Positions 12,777 through 25,743 are shown, numbered from the stretch's first letter. The stretch: 64,000 nt of DNA from Heteronotia binoei (GCF_032191835.1 NC_083242.1:23622001-23686000), one strand, 5' to 3'. Program-made: numbers and translations. The notes: a model not told the origin generated them from the sequence alone.

Positions 12777-13490
12777 ATAAGGCACCCATCAAGAGAAGAA
12801 CTGGTTGTTAAAATGGTCCCAAACGGACAGCTTTGGCAAACGCTCAGGTTGAAACTCTCATTCCTCACCCCACACAGAGAGAACCTACACTATAATTCCG
12901 TGCTCCTTAGAGGCCACATTAGATTTGTCTCATGAGATCAGTGCTCAGAATCAGAGTTTTAGAAAGTTAAATCTAGCCACGTGGCAATATTTCGAAGCCT
13001 ACTGATTTCAGTGGATTTGGAAGAGTGTAACTATGCTTTGGATAGCACATTGTATGTATGAGAGCGAGCACGTAGTTTGGCCTTTAAACCTCTGCTGTAC
13101 ATCACAGAAACCAATTGCAGTGGAAGCTGTTTGTGTGGTTTATTTGCTAGCCAGTCATCCAACTCTGGGAAAGTCAGTGGAGGACTGGCCCAAATAAAAC
13201 CCTAAGGATCTTTTTACATGGAATATTCATAATCTATGAATACTCAATACCCAGAGTGACTGCCACAGCAAAGGAGATTTAAAAAGCCTACAGAAATCTG
13301 CAACAGCTTTGAAGTCAAAAGCACATACTGCAGAGTATTTCTAGATAAAGATTCAAAGGATCTGTGAATAAAGACACACCAGTGCTTTGAAGAACAGCAC
13401 CTTTGAACAGGGGGAAGGACAAAAGAGGAACCTGCTAATCACTTAATTTGAGCACCAGCCCTTTGATTTTCAACATTAATTCTGATTGAT

Positions 13491-13999
13491 CCAAGCAGGC
13501 AGCCGTGTTGGTCTGAAGCAGCTAAACGAAGCAGGAGTCAAGTTGCACCTTTAAGACCAACCAATTTTTATTTAGAACGAAAGCTTTTGTGTGCTCTTAA
13601 GCACACTTCATCAGACGAGGAATCCAGCAGAGTGAGCAAAGCCATCCATTGCTGAGCAGAGCCATACACAGCTGGTAGACAGTAGCATACTTATGCTACT
13701 CAGATCAAAAGTTTGCTCAATTTGTTGATTTTACTAGTCTCTCATTGTACCATTTTACATTCTAAACCACTGCCTACCAGATAATTTTACTTCACTGTCA
13801 TTGGTTCTTAAATCTGTACCATGTTGCGTTCTTGGCCACTGCCTACCAGCTCTGTATGGCTCTGTTCAGCAATGTATGGCTTTGCTCATTGTGCTGGATT
13901 CCTTGTCTGATGGAAGTGTGCTTAAGAGCACACAAAAGCTTACCTTCAAAATAAAATTTTGTTGGTCTTAAAGGTACCACTTGACTCCTGCTTTGTTCA
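13491..13999. mobile_element. Penelope-like retroelement remnant with inverted termini
   Basis: GCACCTTTAAGACCAAC ... GTTGGTCTTAAAGGT inverted ends; 16-bp TSD ATTAATTCTGATTGAT. Confidence 0.75.
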
Positions 14000-14095
14000 A
14001 TTAATTCTGATTGATGATTTGTTTGGGGGGGGGGTAACGTGCCACCCAGAAAACAGGCTGAAAATAAACATAAAAAGCTTCCAGAGAGGCTAGCT

Positions 14096-14380
14096 CAGGG
14101 GTGTCAAACATGCAGTTCGGGGGCTGAATCAGGCCCCTGAGCAACTGGCTGTCATCTGCTTCCTTCTTCCTCCCTCTTGCTTCCTACAAAGAAAGCACCT
14201 TTAAGACCAATCAGTGCTCACGTTTTAAGCATGTTTTTAAGTTTTAAAAAATCTATATATTTGTGTCTGCTACCTAATCTTAAATAGGTACACACATGGC
14301 CCGGCCCGACATGACTCGGCCCGACAAGGTCTCGTTTATGTCAGATCTGGCCCTCATAACAAATGAGTTTGACACCCCTG
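14096..14380 (+). mobile_element. hAT (Charlie-like) MITE, internally deleted form
   Basis: TIR CAGGGGTGTCAAAC; perfect TSD GGCTAGCT. Confidence 0.92.
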
Positions 14381-15229
14381 GGCTAGCTAATGTTCTGGGG
14401 TAGACAAGACACTGAAATCTAGTGAGGTGGCTACACAGCGTTACAACTAACAAGATGTTAATGCAACACAGGTTTTTATTGACTAACATCTACTTTCATC
14501 AGACCCATGAGGTGCATCGTCATTAGACCCATATATGAGATTATTTTTTTAATTACAAAATTCCTGCTTTTTTTTTCCTGCTTAAACTCATAGCTAAGCA
14601 TCTGTCTAGAAAAGACTCACTACACGCATCTAATGTAGCATTCCAAGCCCTGGGCATAGTGGTTTGAGGCTTGCTATAAACTGATGGTCCAGAAAGCAGA
14701 AACTCCTAGCATTCTCAACAGAAAACCACACAAAGGAATACCAATTAGATGTGATTCGTCATCCTATTAAACTGCAAATGACACACACGGACTGAGTTTA
14801 TTTTGCACTGATCTGCTCCAATATGGCTGAGCACACAGCAGCTCAGGTCTCTTGATGGAGGGGGGGGGGCGGAATCCATCAAGTTACATCAATTTGAGGC
14901 CCATTTGTTTTCTTACCCTGAACCCTGACCGTTGCCAGCAAATTGTCTCAAGGGACATTGCTCAAATTGCAGGAGACACTCTGGCAAACAGAAGCAAGGC
15001 AACAAGAATCACCCCCAGGCTTTAATCCGCTTCCTAAGGAAATCTCCTTTGCCTCAGTCTGGTGCTACTGCACACCAATGGGCTTGCAATGCTATGAAAT
15101 AATTAACTGGCAAAAGGCTGGAAGAAACAAAGACCCAGAATAGAAGGGGAAGTCCTTTTACTGGCAGATGCCTGCTTTGTGTAGCACCAACTGTTTTTAT
15201 TAAGTAGCATGAACTATGACAACACCCAC

Positions 15230-15292
15230 CTTGGTGGCTATCGCGGACACTGCGGCTGTTCGCTTGGCTGTAATGACGCTGCCATCCATGAC
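15230..15292 (-). CDS. CRYM: CRYM exon 3 (VMDGSVITAKRTAAVSAIATK)
   Basis: 63 nt with canonical AG/GT; near-identical to the OCD/mu-crystallin family motif. Confidence 0.97.
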
Positions 15293-15924
15293 CTTTTCCA
15301 AAGGAAAACATCAAGCAGAAGTAAAATAGTTCAGGACAGGATACAAGTTTTTCCTTGTGTAAAACCAGACCCACAGCTAACATCCCCTTTGCTTCCAAAA
15401 TCTATCCACCCATCCTACTCTCCCACATTTTACCTTTACAACCATCTTGCCAAGTAGGCCAGGCCGAAACTGCATAACTGTGACTTGGGGAGTTTCATCG
15501 CCAAGTGGGAATTCAAACCCAGATCCCACTATGCCATAAACGGTTTTCAGTTCTGAGACTGCAGTCATTTGTTAAGCTGCTCAAAGAATTATTATATCAT
15601 AGATGAACTGGAATGGGTTAGAGGAGGGTGACAACCAGGCCTCAGATGCAGCAGGAGCTCACAGGAGTGCAGCTCCTGAACCTTTCTGATGGCCCCCCTC
15701 CTCCTTCCCACCTACCTACCTTGTCCATTGAATAGTAGGTGCAGCTGCATAACAATCCCTGGATTAGAAGAGCGGGCAGCCAGCCAGCCACCAGGGGCCT
15801 TGCCACACCCTCAGCAGCCCTCGTTAACCCCTGGAGAAGCCTGTGTCACCCTTTCTCCACTTCTTATGTGATTTTGGGCGGTGGGTGGCTTGCTGGCCTT
15901 TTGAATGTTGGAGGGGGTGGCCAA

Positions 15925-16235
15925 GGAGAGTGAGATCCTTTTACTCCATGACTCTCGAGCTTTCTAAGGAGCCTTTGATGAGGAACTTTATCAAAAGCTT
16001 TCTGGAAGTCAAGGTAAACAACATCTATTGGGTCTCCTTTGTCCACATGTTTGTTCACCCCCTCAAAGAAATGCAACAGGTTAGTGAGGCAAGATCTTCC
16101 CTTACAGAACCCATGCTGAGTCTTCCTCAATAACCCGTGTTCATCAATGTGCCTACTCATTCTGTCCTTGATAATGCTTTCTATCAACTTTCCCAGTATT
16201 GAAGTCAGGCTGACTGGCCTGTAACTTCCCAAGTA
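15925..16235 (-). mobile_element. CR1 LINE reverse-transcriptase fragment
   Basis: YRPVSLTSILGKLIE...QHGFCKGRSCLTNLL...DVVYLDFQKAFDKVPHQRLL in ORF 15864-16298. Confidence 0.93.
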
Positions 16236-16858
16236 CTTCCCTTGGAGCCCACCAAGCTTTACAGAAAGTGAGTGGGGCTTCTTGTTGGCTGCCCTCATTC
16301 AAACAAAAAGGTTTCCACTGGGGGATCAAGAGGTCTGGTAAGCATCTGGGCTTTCCTTAGTCAGCATGTGGCTCCATTCCCCCTTTTCAGGAAGTGTGAG
16401 GAAGAAAGTATTCTGTTTGGCTCCACCTCCTGCAGCAGCCATTTTGGGTTTGGCTCCACCTCCTGTGGCAGCCATTCTGCAGTGGTACCCATGATCCCCT
16501 CTCAAAATTCTGTATTGCCCACAGGCTCTAAACCGTTGGGGACCCCAGGGTAGAATGTCATAAAAGGACTTGGCAGACTTGAAGTCAAAGCTTGCTCTGT
16601 TATGAAGCTCACAGCATATTATCTCTGCCTCAAGCTGACCCATCCCACAGGTTTGTGGTGAGGATACAGCAGAGGAGGGAGAGAACCAGAACTGGTGTTC
16701 CTGGGGGCAGGATAAAAACACAAGACATTGACAGACCAACCGCCCAGTTCCTTTCTGGCCTAGAATCTGAACTCAGCTCCACAGTTCCAGACACTGGAAC
16801 ACACCAGCTGCAAGTTCAAGATCCATTTCTACCAGTGGTGAACATCACTGCCACCTCA

Positions 16859-17020
<162 letters not shown>

Positions 17021-17271
17021 TCAGAAAACAGAAGCAAACCTTTGACTGTTTCAGTTTCTACCCCTTGTTGGCAACCCAGCTGATGAGAGATGAGTAAGCT
17101 TTAAGTAATATATTAAACAGAAAAAAAACCAACACATTTCCCTCATACCCCAGGACAATTTAAAGAAAAAACTTATAATTCTTTAATGGGCTCTGAATCA
17201 CAAAACCTGATAGAAAAATACAGGGTATGAAAAGAAACTGAAAGATTTTTGGCTTTAATTTTTAGTATAAC

Positions 17272-17443
17272 CAGGGTTTTTTTTTTTAGCAGAAATGGAC
17301 AGGAATGCAATTCCAGCTGGCATAGCATCAGGAGGTGTGGCCTAATACACAAATGAGTTCCTCCTGAAACAATAGTGATGTGAGGGGTGTGGCCTAATAT
17401 GCAAATAAGTTCCTGCTGGACTTTCTCTACAAAAAAAGCCCTG
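17272..17443. mobile_element. Short hAT-type MITE (CAGGG-polyT ... polyA-GCCCTG)
   Basis: Inverted termini; TSD-like AGTATAAC/AATATAGC; internal GGTGTGGCCTAAT repeat. Confidence 0.65.
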
Positions 17444-18163
17444 AATATAGCTAAGGTTTTTTGTTCATGCAAAGACTTCACAACAACCTTGGGAGGACAA
17501 CATGTTGCTGGGAAATCATGTGCTCCCTAGAATGAATTCCAGAATCCTGTCGGTATTGAGCCTCAAATGGTTCTCTTTACATTTATTTTTATCAAGATTT
17601 TATCCTAGCAATGATCTCCTCTCAAACATTCTCAAAAGAGGAATCTTAGAGAGAATTATCTTCCAAAAGCTATCCCAGAACTGTTTAGGAGGCACACTAT
17701 TGACATATTTGGGAACAGAACATCCTACCCAGAACAAACAAAACAGAAATTCATCACTGCTCTGCAGAACCTTAAAAAAAGAACTGTGAACCACTAAACA
17801 GATGTGCCCTAGTTCTGATCAGCAAAGGGTAATCCAGTGAGTGGGGGTGGGGAATCACCAACAGTTTTTCCTGGCAAGGTGCTTGCTCCGTTAACAGATG
17901 CAGGAATCCAAGAGGTGGTATGTGCAGAAATGCAGGTCAGTCTTGCGGGTTTCCAAGGCACAGGAGCCTTTTAAACAAAAATAAGTAGGGGAGAAGAGGG
18001 GGAGGAAGAGAAGGATGATCCCTCCAAAAATAGGGTTGCCAGCTTTTAAAAAATATGTCTAGCCTGCCGTTGTGCCAGCCACTCAAGGGCAGAAGTCAGC
18101 AAGAGAATCTCTGCAGAACAAACCTGCTGCGTTAAAAGCACAGGAGCCAAGGTCAGTATAAAA

Positions 18164-18301
18164 NNNNNNNNNNNNNNNNNNNNNNNNNNNNNNNNNNNNN
18201 NNNNNNNNNNNNNNNNNNNNNNNNNNNNNNNNNNNNNNNNNNNNNNNNNNNNNNNNNNNNNNNNNNNNNNNNNNNNNNNNNNNNNNNNNNNNNNNNNNNN
18301 N
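18164..18301. other. Assembly gap (138 N) in CRYM intron 1
   Basis: Run of N 30 nt after the exon 1 donor, next to GC-rich sequence. Confidence 1.
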
Positions 18302-18920
<619 letters not shown>

Positions 18921-19470
18921 CCAGAATGAAACTTCGTGGGTCTTTAAAGTGCCCCTGGACTCGAGGTTTGTTGTTCAAAACCAAGTTTTTGGTCTCTGGT
19001 TCTGCCACGAAGCCGTGCGTCTATGACTTCTGTGGGGCAAGCTCTGCCCATGGACATATGTGATTGGCTGGTGATCTTGGGGTGGCCCAAAGCAAAAATC
19101 ATGAGGATTCATGAGGATCCCTGGTTCAAAACCAAGTGTTTGGTCCCTGGCGGAGCCACGAAGCCTTCTGCTGCAGAAGGCTTTTTGCCAAGTGGGGGAG
19201 AGGCAGGTGGAAGGAAACCCCCCTATTTGCTCGCAAGCTGCAGTCCCTTCTTCAAAGTTTTCGGGTTAGCTGCTTTGACTTGGCCATTTTCAGCGCCTCT
19301 AGCTTTTGCCCCTACCCCAGAAAGCTTCTGAGAAGTGACAAGCGGATGGGAAAGGGTGCCCCCTGAGTTTTTAAATAGCCCCCCGACTTTTAAAATCCTG
19401 GCTACGGCCCTGGGTTGCCTATTTCCAGGTGGGAAGGAGAGAAACTAAGCTTCCGTGCATACTGTCTAAA

Positions 19471-19766
19471 AGGTAAAGGTAGCTGTGCAAGCACCAGTTG
19501 TTTTCCACTCTGGGGTGACGTTGCTTTCACATTTTCACGGCAGACTTTTTACGGGGTGGCTTGCCATTGCCTTCCCCAGTCATCTACACTTTCCCCCCAG
19601 CAAGCTGGATACTCATTTGACCGACCTCGGAAGGATGGAAGGCTGAGTCAACCTCAAGCCGGCTATCTGAAAACCCAGCTTCTGCTGGGATCGAACTCAG
19701 GTCGTGAGCAGAGGGCTCCGACTGCAGTACTGCAGCTTTACCACTCTGCACCACGGGGCTCTTAAC
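19471..19766 (+). mobile_element. Sauria SINE, full length
   Basis: AGGTAAAGGTAG...GGTGGCTTGCCATTGCCTTCCCC...CCACGGGGCTCTT; 14-bp TSD GCATACTGTCTAAA. Confidence 0.93.
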
Positions 19767-20113
19767 GCATACTGTCTAAATACTACTAATAAGAATTTCT
19801 TAAGTACAGACAATAGAAATAGAAAAATCTTAAATACTTATTAAGTCGCAATATGCATTCATACAGAAATACTGACAGAACAGGACATTTTAAAGGGAAA
19901 GCAGCAATCAGTTCTCATACAGTTCACAGTTCCACAGATGTCCAATTTCTTTTTTTTCCCCACTGAATAGTCAACCTAGAAAGAAAAGAAATTCGACTTA
20001 CCTGACTGTTGCTTTCCCTTTAAAATATACTGTTCTATTGGTATTTTTGTATGAATGCATATTGTGATTTCTATTGTCTGTACTTAAGAAATTCTTATTA
20101 GTAGTATCTAGAC

Positions 20114-20709
20114 CAGGGGTGTCAAACATGTAGCCCGGGGGCCAAATCAGCCCCCCCCCCCGAGCAACTGGCTGTCATCTCCTTCTTTCTCCCTTTCTCT
20201 GGCTCCCTTCTGCATAACAGCTTGCTTTGCCAGACTTTCTCAATTGCACAGGAGCTATAGAACGAAACCTCTATTTTTCTCCGTTGGCTGAGGCTCCTCA
20301 CTTGGGAAGAGAGGCAGAGTTTGTTTTGCCAGACTCTCTCAATTGCACAGCAGAGCTACTGAGCTAAGTCTCTCTTCCTTCTCTTTGCTGAGGCTCCTCC
20401 CGCTCCTGGTCCCCTGGGGAAGGAAGGAAAGAGCCAGAGCTTCCTTTGCCCGGTTCCCTGGCTCCCATGGGGGAAGTACAAAGAAAGCACCTTTAAGACC
20501 TACAAGTGCTAATGTTTTCAGCATGTTTTATTTTAAGGGTTTTAAAAAAACTTTAATTGTGTTTGTCTGTGTCCTTTATAAAAAACATATATCTCTGCTA
20601 CCTAAGCTTAAATAGGTACATACATGACCTGGCCCGACCTGGCTTCACCCAGCAAGGTCTCATTTATGTTAGCTCCGGCCCTCATAACAAATGAGTTTGG
20701 CCGCCCCTG
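20114..20709 (+). mobile_element. hAT (Charlie-like) MITE, long form
   Basis: TIR CAGGGG; perfect TSD ATCTAGAC (NTCTAGAN-type target). Confidence 0.93.
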
Positions 20710-21066
20710 ATCTAGACAGTATACACGGAAGCTTGGCTTCTCTCCTTGCCACTTCTATCTGTGGATCTCACTCTGGTTGCCAAACCTCCCGGTGGGGGCT
20801 GGTGATCTCCCGGGATTACAACTGCTCTCCAGACTACACAAATCACTTATTTAGTTATTTAAAACATTTATCCCACTTCTCCTGAAGAAAAATGGTGGCT
20901 TTGGAAGGCGGACTGGATACCCTACCAAAGTCCCTCCCTCTGGTCCCTGAGCTCCCGGGCTCCATCCTCAAATTGCCAGGTATTTCCGAAGCTGGGGTTG
21001 GCAACCATAATTTTAAAAAACCAACAGGAAGGAAGAGTTCTGGAAAGGAATTCTATGGAAGGTTTC

Positions 21067-21285
21067 TAGGGTTGCCAGCCTCCAGGTGGGGCCTGGAGAT
21101 CTCCCGCTTTTACAACTGCTCTCCAGCTGGCCGAGATCAGCTCTCCTGGAGAAAATGGCTGCTTGGAAGGGTGGACTCTAGGGCATTGTATCATGCTGAG
21201 GACCCTCCCGTCCCCAAAGCCCGCCCTCTCCCGGATCCACCCCCAAAGTTTCCAGGTGTTTTCCAACACAGACCTGTCAACCCTA
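21067..21285. mobile_element. hAT MITE (TAGGGTTGCC family, short); a related degraded copy lies at ~20775-21006
   Basis: Inverted termini; no clear TSD. Confidence 0.7.
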
Positions 21286-21984
21286 ATGGCAACACTCCAT
21301 CCAATCAATGGATTTCCAATCCTCATACATGGGTCCAAGTTATTGCCTGATTCTATTTTGGTTTGAAATGAAAACGAAATAAAGCTATGGGAAATATCTC
21401 CTGAACCCAAATTTTATTTTCTCAAATACTGTAAACTCTTATAGCGCACTATTAGGAACCAATGCCCCCCCTTTCTAAGCTTCCTAGCCTAGAGCATGCG
21501 GCGGGGGGCAGCGGTCGGTTTGTTTCTTCTGTTTTAATTTACAAAGCAATATTGTTGGGGGATGTGTATGGGCAGTCGCTGTCCTTAGTTTTGGCGTGTC
21601 CCATTTCTGCTGCAGAATTGGAGAGTCCTCAAGGGGAGGGGGGGGAGGGGCTGTGGCTTGATGCTACAACAGGGGTGGCCAAACTTGCTTAATGTAAGAG
21701 CCACATAGAATAACATTAGATGTTTGAGAGCCACAAGACAAGGGAGGGAGAGGGCTTGCCAGTCCCCAGGTCCCTGCAGCGGTTCTCCCACTTTCCCAGG
21801 CTCCTTCCAGCTCCCAGTCAGCTGGCCAGCAGGGGGAAGTCCCACCCCCACAGCTTCAGACTCCACTTGGAAAGGTTTCCTCTCAGGATGTCTGTCTTTA
21901 AGGCTGAATGGGGGTGGGGGGGAGTAGTCAGAAGAACATGGCTGCTCCCGGTGGCTGTGAAGGCAGCCCAGATCCTCTGTTGGT

Positions 21985-22395
21985 TTATTTATTTTATTTA
22001 TTGATTTGATTTGATTTATATCGCGCCCTACCCCACCGAAGCGGGCTCAGGGCGGCTCACAGCATAAAAGTTCTAACAATAAAATTCAGAATTAAAATAC
22101 TATAATAAATTACATAGTTAGTATCCATATCAGTGTGCTATCTATAGACTTCCTTCAGTATTTCGGTGTTTTGGTGCCGGTCAGTTATAAGCCAACCGGA
22201 AGAGGACTGTCTTACAGGCCCTGCGGAACTGTCCAATATCCCGCAGGGCCCTGACCTCTTCCGGTAACTGGTTCCACCAGCAAGGGGCTGTGATTGAGAA
22301 GGCCCTGTCCCTGGTTGACTTCAACCGGGCCTCCTTTGGCCCGGGGATTACCAGCAGATTTCAAGAGCTAGATCGCAGTACTCTCTGGGGGTTGC
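21985..22395 (-). mobile_element. L2 LINE 3' fragment
   Basis: Reverse-complement L2 tail (TTTATATCGCGCCC...CAGGGCGGCTCAC); similar to 541-1460. Confidence 0.75.
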
Positions 22396-23244
22396 AGTCT
22401 TTTCAGAGGTCATTTGTATAGGAAAGGTAAACTTAAACCTTTGGTTGCTCTGTGTTACTTTGAAGAAGTTCAGCAACTTGTAAGCAGAGATGCCAATCCC
22501 CCACTTCAGAGTCGTCAGAAACGGGGGAGGGGGGAGAGGGAAATGTCTGCTGGGCATTTCATTATTCCCTATGGAGATCGATTCTTATAGGGTATAATGG
22601 AGAATTGATCTGGGGCTCTGGAAGGGCTGCGTTTTGAGGTAGAGGCACCAAATTTTCAGCATAGCATCTGATGACTCTCCTCAAAATGCTCTCTAAGTAT
22701 CAAAAAGATTGGACCAGGGGGTCCAATTCTATGAGCCCCTATCCTTCATTATTTCTAATGTAGGGAAGGCATTTAAAAGGTGTGCGGTTCCTTTAAATGT
22801 GATGGCCAGAACTCCCTTTGGAGTGCAATTGTGTTTATCACAACTTTGTTTATGGCTCCACCCCCAAAGTCCCCAGATATTTCTTGAATTGGACTTGGCA
22901 ACCCTGGGAGGGAGGAAAATAGATGGAGGAGGCAGGAAGAGGTGGAAATAAAGCAACTTTAAATTTTAATGCATTCTCCAAGCCGCAGAAGTGATGGAGA
23001 AGTGATTTAATGAGAGAAATGACATTTCCAAACCGGCCGACGGGGTGAGGGGCTTCGAGAGCCACACAATATGTGTGAAAGAGCCGCATGCGGCATCCGA
23101 GCCACAGTTTGGCCACCACTGTGCTAGAATATCCGCTGTGCGCGCAGAAGAAACTAACATTATATGGGTATCAGTGGTGGTGGTGGGTGGGCAGCCGAAA
23201 GGGAACCTTTACTGTTGCCCGTCTCATTGAAGAATCTGCTATGT

Positions 23245-23385
23245 CAGGGGTGGCCAACAGTAGCTCGCCAGAGGTTTCTTTTTTGCCTACAACTCCCATC
23301 AGCCCCAGCCATTGGGCTTGCTGGCTGGGCTGATGGGAGTTGTAGGCAAAAAAAACATATGAAGAGCTGCCGTTGGCCACCCCTG
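23245..23385. mobile_element. Palindromic hAT MITE (CAGGGGTGGCCAAC) in the UQCRC2 promoter
   Basis: Near-perfect hairpin; same family at 42184-42313 and 55263-55388. Confidence 0.88.
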
Positions 23386-23399
23386 TCTATGTAATGCCA

Positions 23400-23900
23400 C
23401 CCTCCTCTTTCCTCGCATACGGACGCCTCTACCAGCTGCAATTGGGAACGGAAGTTTTTAAAGAAGCCCATTGGCCGCTTTTCCCTGGGAAAAGAGAGCC
23501 CTTCCTGTTTCTCTATGGTCCTGCTGCGCGGTGCATGCCGGGAAGGCGACGTCTCCTTCCGCTGCCATCTTGGTTTCCTCCTTGGGCGGCTGAGGGGCGT
23601 CCGTGGAGGCGATGAAGTCTCTCCCGCTTGCCGCGCGGTGCCTCTCGGTGAGCGGGGGCGGCCTGGCGGAGACGGGGCGAGGCGGCCCAGCCGGGCACCG
23701 CCTGGGTAGGGGTGGAGAGCGGGAGAGGCCCGAGGAGGCGGCCGCGACCTTGACTCGGGCCTCGAAGGAAGGAAGGGAAGAAAGAAAGAGGCCGGCAGCG
23801 GCTCTCCTCTCCTCGGCGCAAGGCAGCCCGTAGCGCCCCGCTGAACGGCTAGTTTTCTCCCTGCAGTGCCTGGCCCTTGGGCATTTGTGATCTAAGGGGC
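23400..23900 (+). promoter_or_regulatory. UQCRC2 CpG-island promoter with ETS/GABP (CGGAAGT 23449-23455), CCAAT-type and YY1 (GCCATCTT 23564-23571) motifs
   Basis: Motifs read directly. GABP/NRF-2 and YY1 sites are established features of nuclear-encoded OXPHOS promoters. Confidence 0.7.
23612..23647 (+). CDS. UQCRC2: Cytochrome bc1 complex core protein 2, exon 1 (MKSLPLAARCLS; mitochondrial presequence)
   Basis: ATG in a CpG island, TCG|gtgagc donor, in frame with the downstream exons. Confidence 0.92.
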
Positions 23901-24481
23901 AGGTGTTGCTCTGTGTTTTGATCCCTCTCTTCCTGGAAACCGCTCAGGGTGGCATGGCGTACGTGGTTCTTTCCTCTTTATTGAATTAACCTCGCAACAA
24001 TCTCGTCTTGGTAGGTTAAGCAAAGAGAAAGCGATGGACCCCGGAGCCAGTTTCAGGGCTCTCTTCTATGTTTTGTCCTTGCGATACCCCTTTGCAGGCC
24101 TCGGATTCAGCGGGAGCTCAGCTCCTGAACCTTTCTGGGAGTTCCACCCCACCTTTTCCATTGAATAGTAGGTGCAGCTGCATAACAATACCTGGATAAG
24201 CTCCACCACTTATTTTTCTACAAAACGACCCCTGCCCTTGTGAAATACCTTTGACTGAGAGAATGCAAAAGCGGTTCAAGGCTGCACAAACGGCACCTTA
24301 AAGAGTAACAACGTATATTCCAGTAGAACAGAGTTTGAGCTTAGTGGCACCTTTAAACCCAACAAGGTTTGATTCAAGGTATGAGCTCTTGTATGCGTGC
24401 ACACTTCCTCAGATACAATGAATGGAAGTTAAGAGTTCACACACACACATGTGCATGTGTGTGTATATATATGTATATATA

Positions 24482-24670
24482 TGGTAAAGGTAGTCCCCTG
24501 TGCAAGCTCTTGGGTGATGTCGCATCACATTTCCACGGCAGACTTTTTACGGGGTGGTTTGCCATTGCCTTCCCCAGTCATCTACACTTTCCCCCCAGCA
24601 AGCTAGGTACTTATTTTATCAACCTTGGAAAGATGGAAGGCTGAATCAACCTTGAGCTTGCCACCTGAAC
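24482..24670 (+). mobile_element. Sauria SINE, partial, between CA/TG microsatellites
   Basis: Matches 19471-19766. Confidence 0.85.
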
Positions 24671-25396
24671 GCGCGCACACACACACACACACACACATAT
24701 ATGAGAAGATGTCTCTACATAGGTGAACAGCAAATTAACATACAAGTTAATGAAGATGTTTTGGCATATGCATAGGCCAAACAGCAATAACAAGCTTAAG
24801 TTTTGTTCTACTGTGGCCGCCCACCCAGCTGTATCAACATTTATATCAGTATGTTTTAGTGATTCGCAGCTCACTTTTTCTGTGCGGTGATGCACGAAAG
24901 CGCATATAGAAATAAACGTTGTTAGTCTACAAGGTGCTGCAAGGCTTTTGTTTAGTTTGTTAATGTAGGTATGTCTACACCTTTGCAATCAAAAAGCTCA
25001 CCCAGTAAGCTTTAGGAGGGGAACTGTTAAAAGGCCTTTTTCCGTTGCTGCCCCTAGACTTTGGAACTCCCTCCCTCTTGTTTGTGCTGTTGTCAGGGAT
25101 TAAGACATGGCTAAGCATTTAATTTGCCAGGCAGGATGCCTATCAGGTGGGTTGCAGAAGTGTGTGGAAACTGGCTTTAACTTGCAAGAGGAAAGAAACC
25201 ACCGAGCACTGCTGCTTAAAAACATTGTCTTGTTATTTTAAGAGTAAAATAAGAATTCTGTGTACTGCAAAGAACTGTAACAGCCACAGATTTGTAGTTT
25301 TAACGGGAAAAAAGAAGCAAAAAAGATTTTTTACTCAGGTTCACTTTTTACTGAGCTTCTGAATCAAATGCTAATTTGTCATGTGATTTCTTTTAG

Positions 25397-25489
25397 AAGA
25401 GATTTTATTCTCTCAAAAGTGCCCCAAAAGTAGATGCCTCTTCTGCAGCAGAACGGGCCAAAATTCAGCTGTGCCCTCAGGATCTTGAG
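25397..25489 (+). CDS. UQCRC2: UQCRC2 exon 2 (KRFYSLKSAPKV...QDLE)
   Basis: RFYSLK motif; TAGAAG tandem acceptor (alternative start 25400); GAG|gtcagt donor. Confidence 0.93.
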
Positions 25490-25593
25490 GTCAGTACAAA
25501 ACCCTTTGCAATTTAGCATTTGTATTAGTTAGAGGAGGTGGCAGTGAAGAAGCACTGGGTCATATATGCTGTTGTCTTCTCTTCTGAATGCAG

Positions 25594-25743
25594 ATCACAA
25601 AACTACCCAATGGCTTAGTGATTGCTTCTCTGGAAAATTATTCTCCTGCCTCAAGAATTGGGGTCTTCATCAAAGCAGGCAGCAGGTACGAGACCACTGC
25701 TAATTTGGGAATAACACATCTCCTCCGTCTTGCCTCTAATCTG
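25594..25743 (+). CDS. UQCRC2: UQCRC2 exon 3 ([33 protein letters not shown]...HLLRLASNL)
   Basis: 150 nt; M16 peptidase-like N-terminus; HLLRL replaces the HxxEH zinc motif, as expected for core 2. Confidence 0.98.

Noticed and set aside
23535-23615. Upstream ATG whose ORF overlaps the UQCRC2 start codon
   Set aside because: The YY1 motif at 23564 suggests the TSS is downstream of this ATG; unsupported without TSS data.
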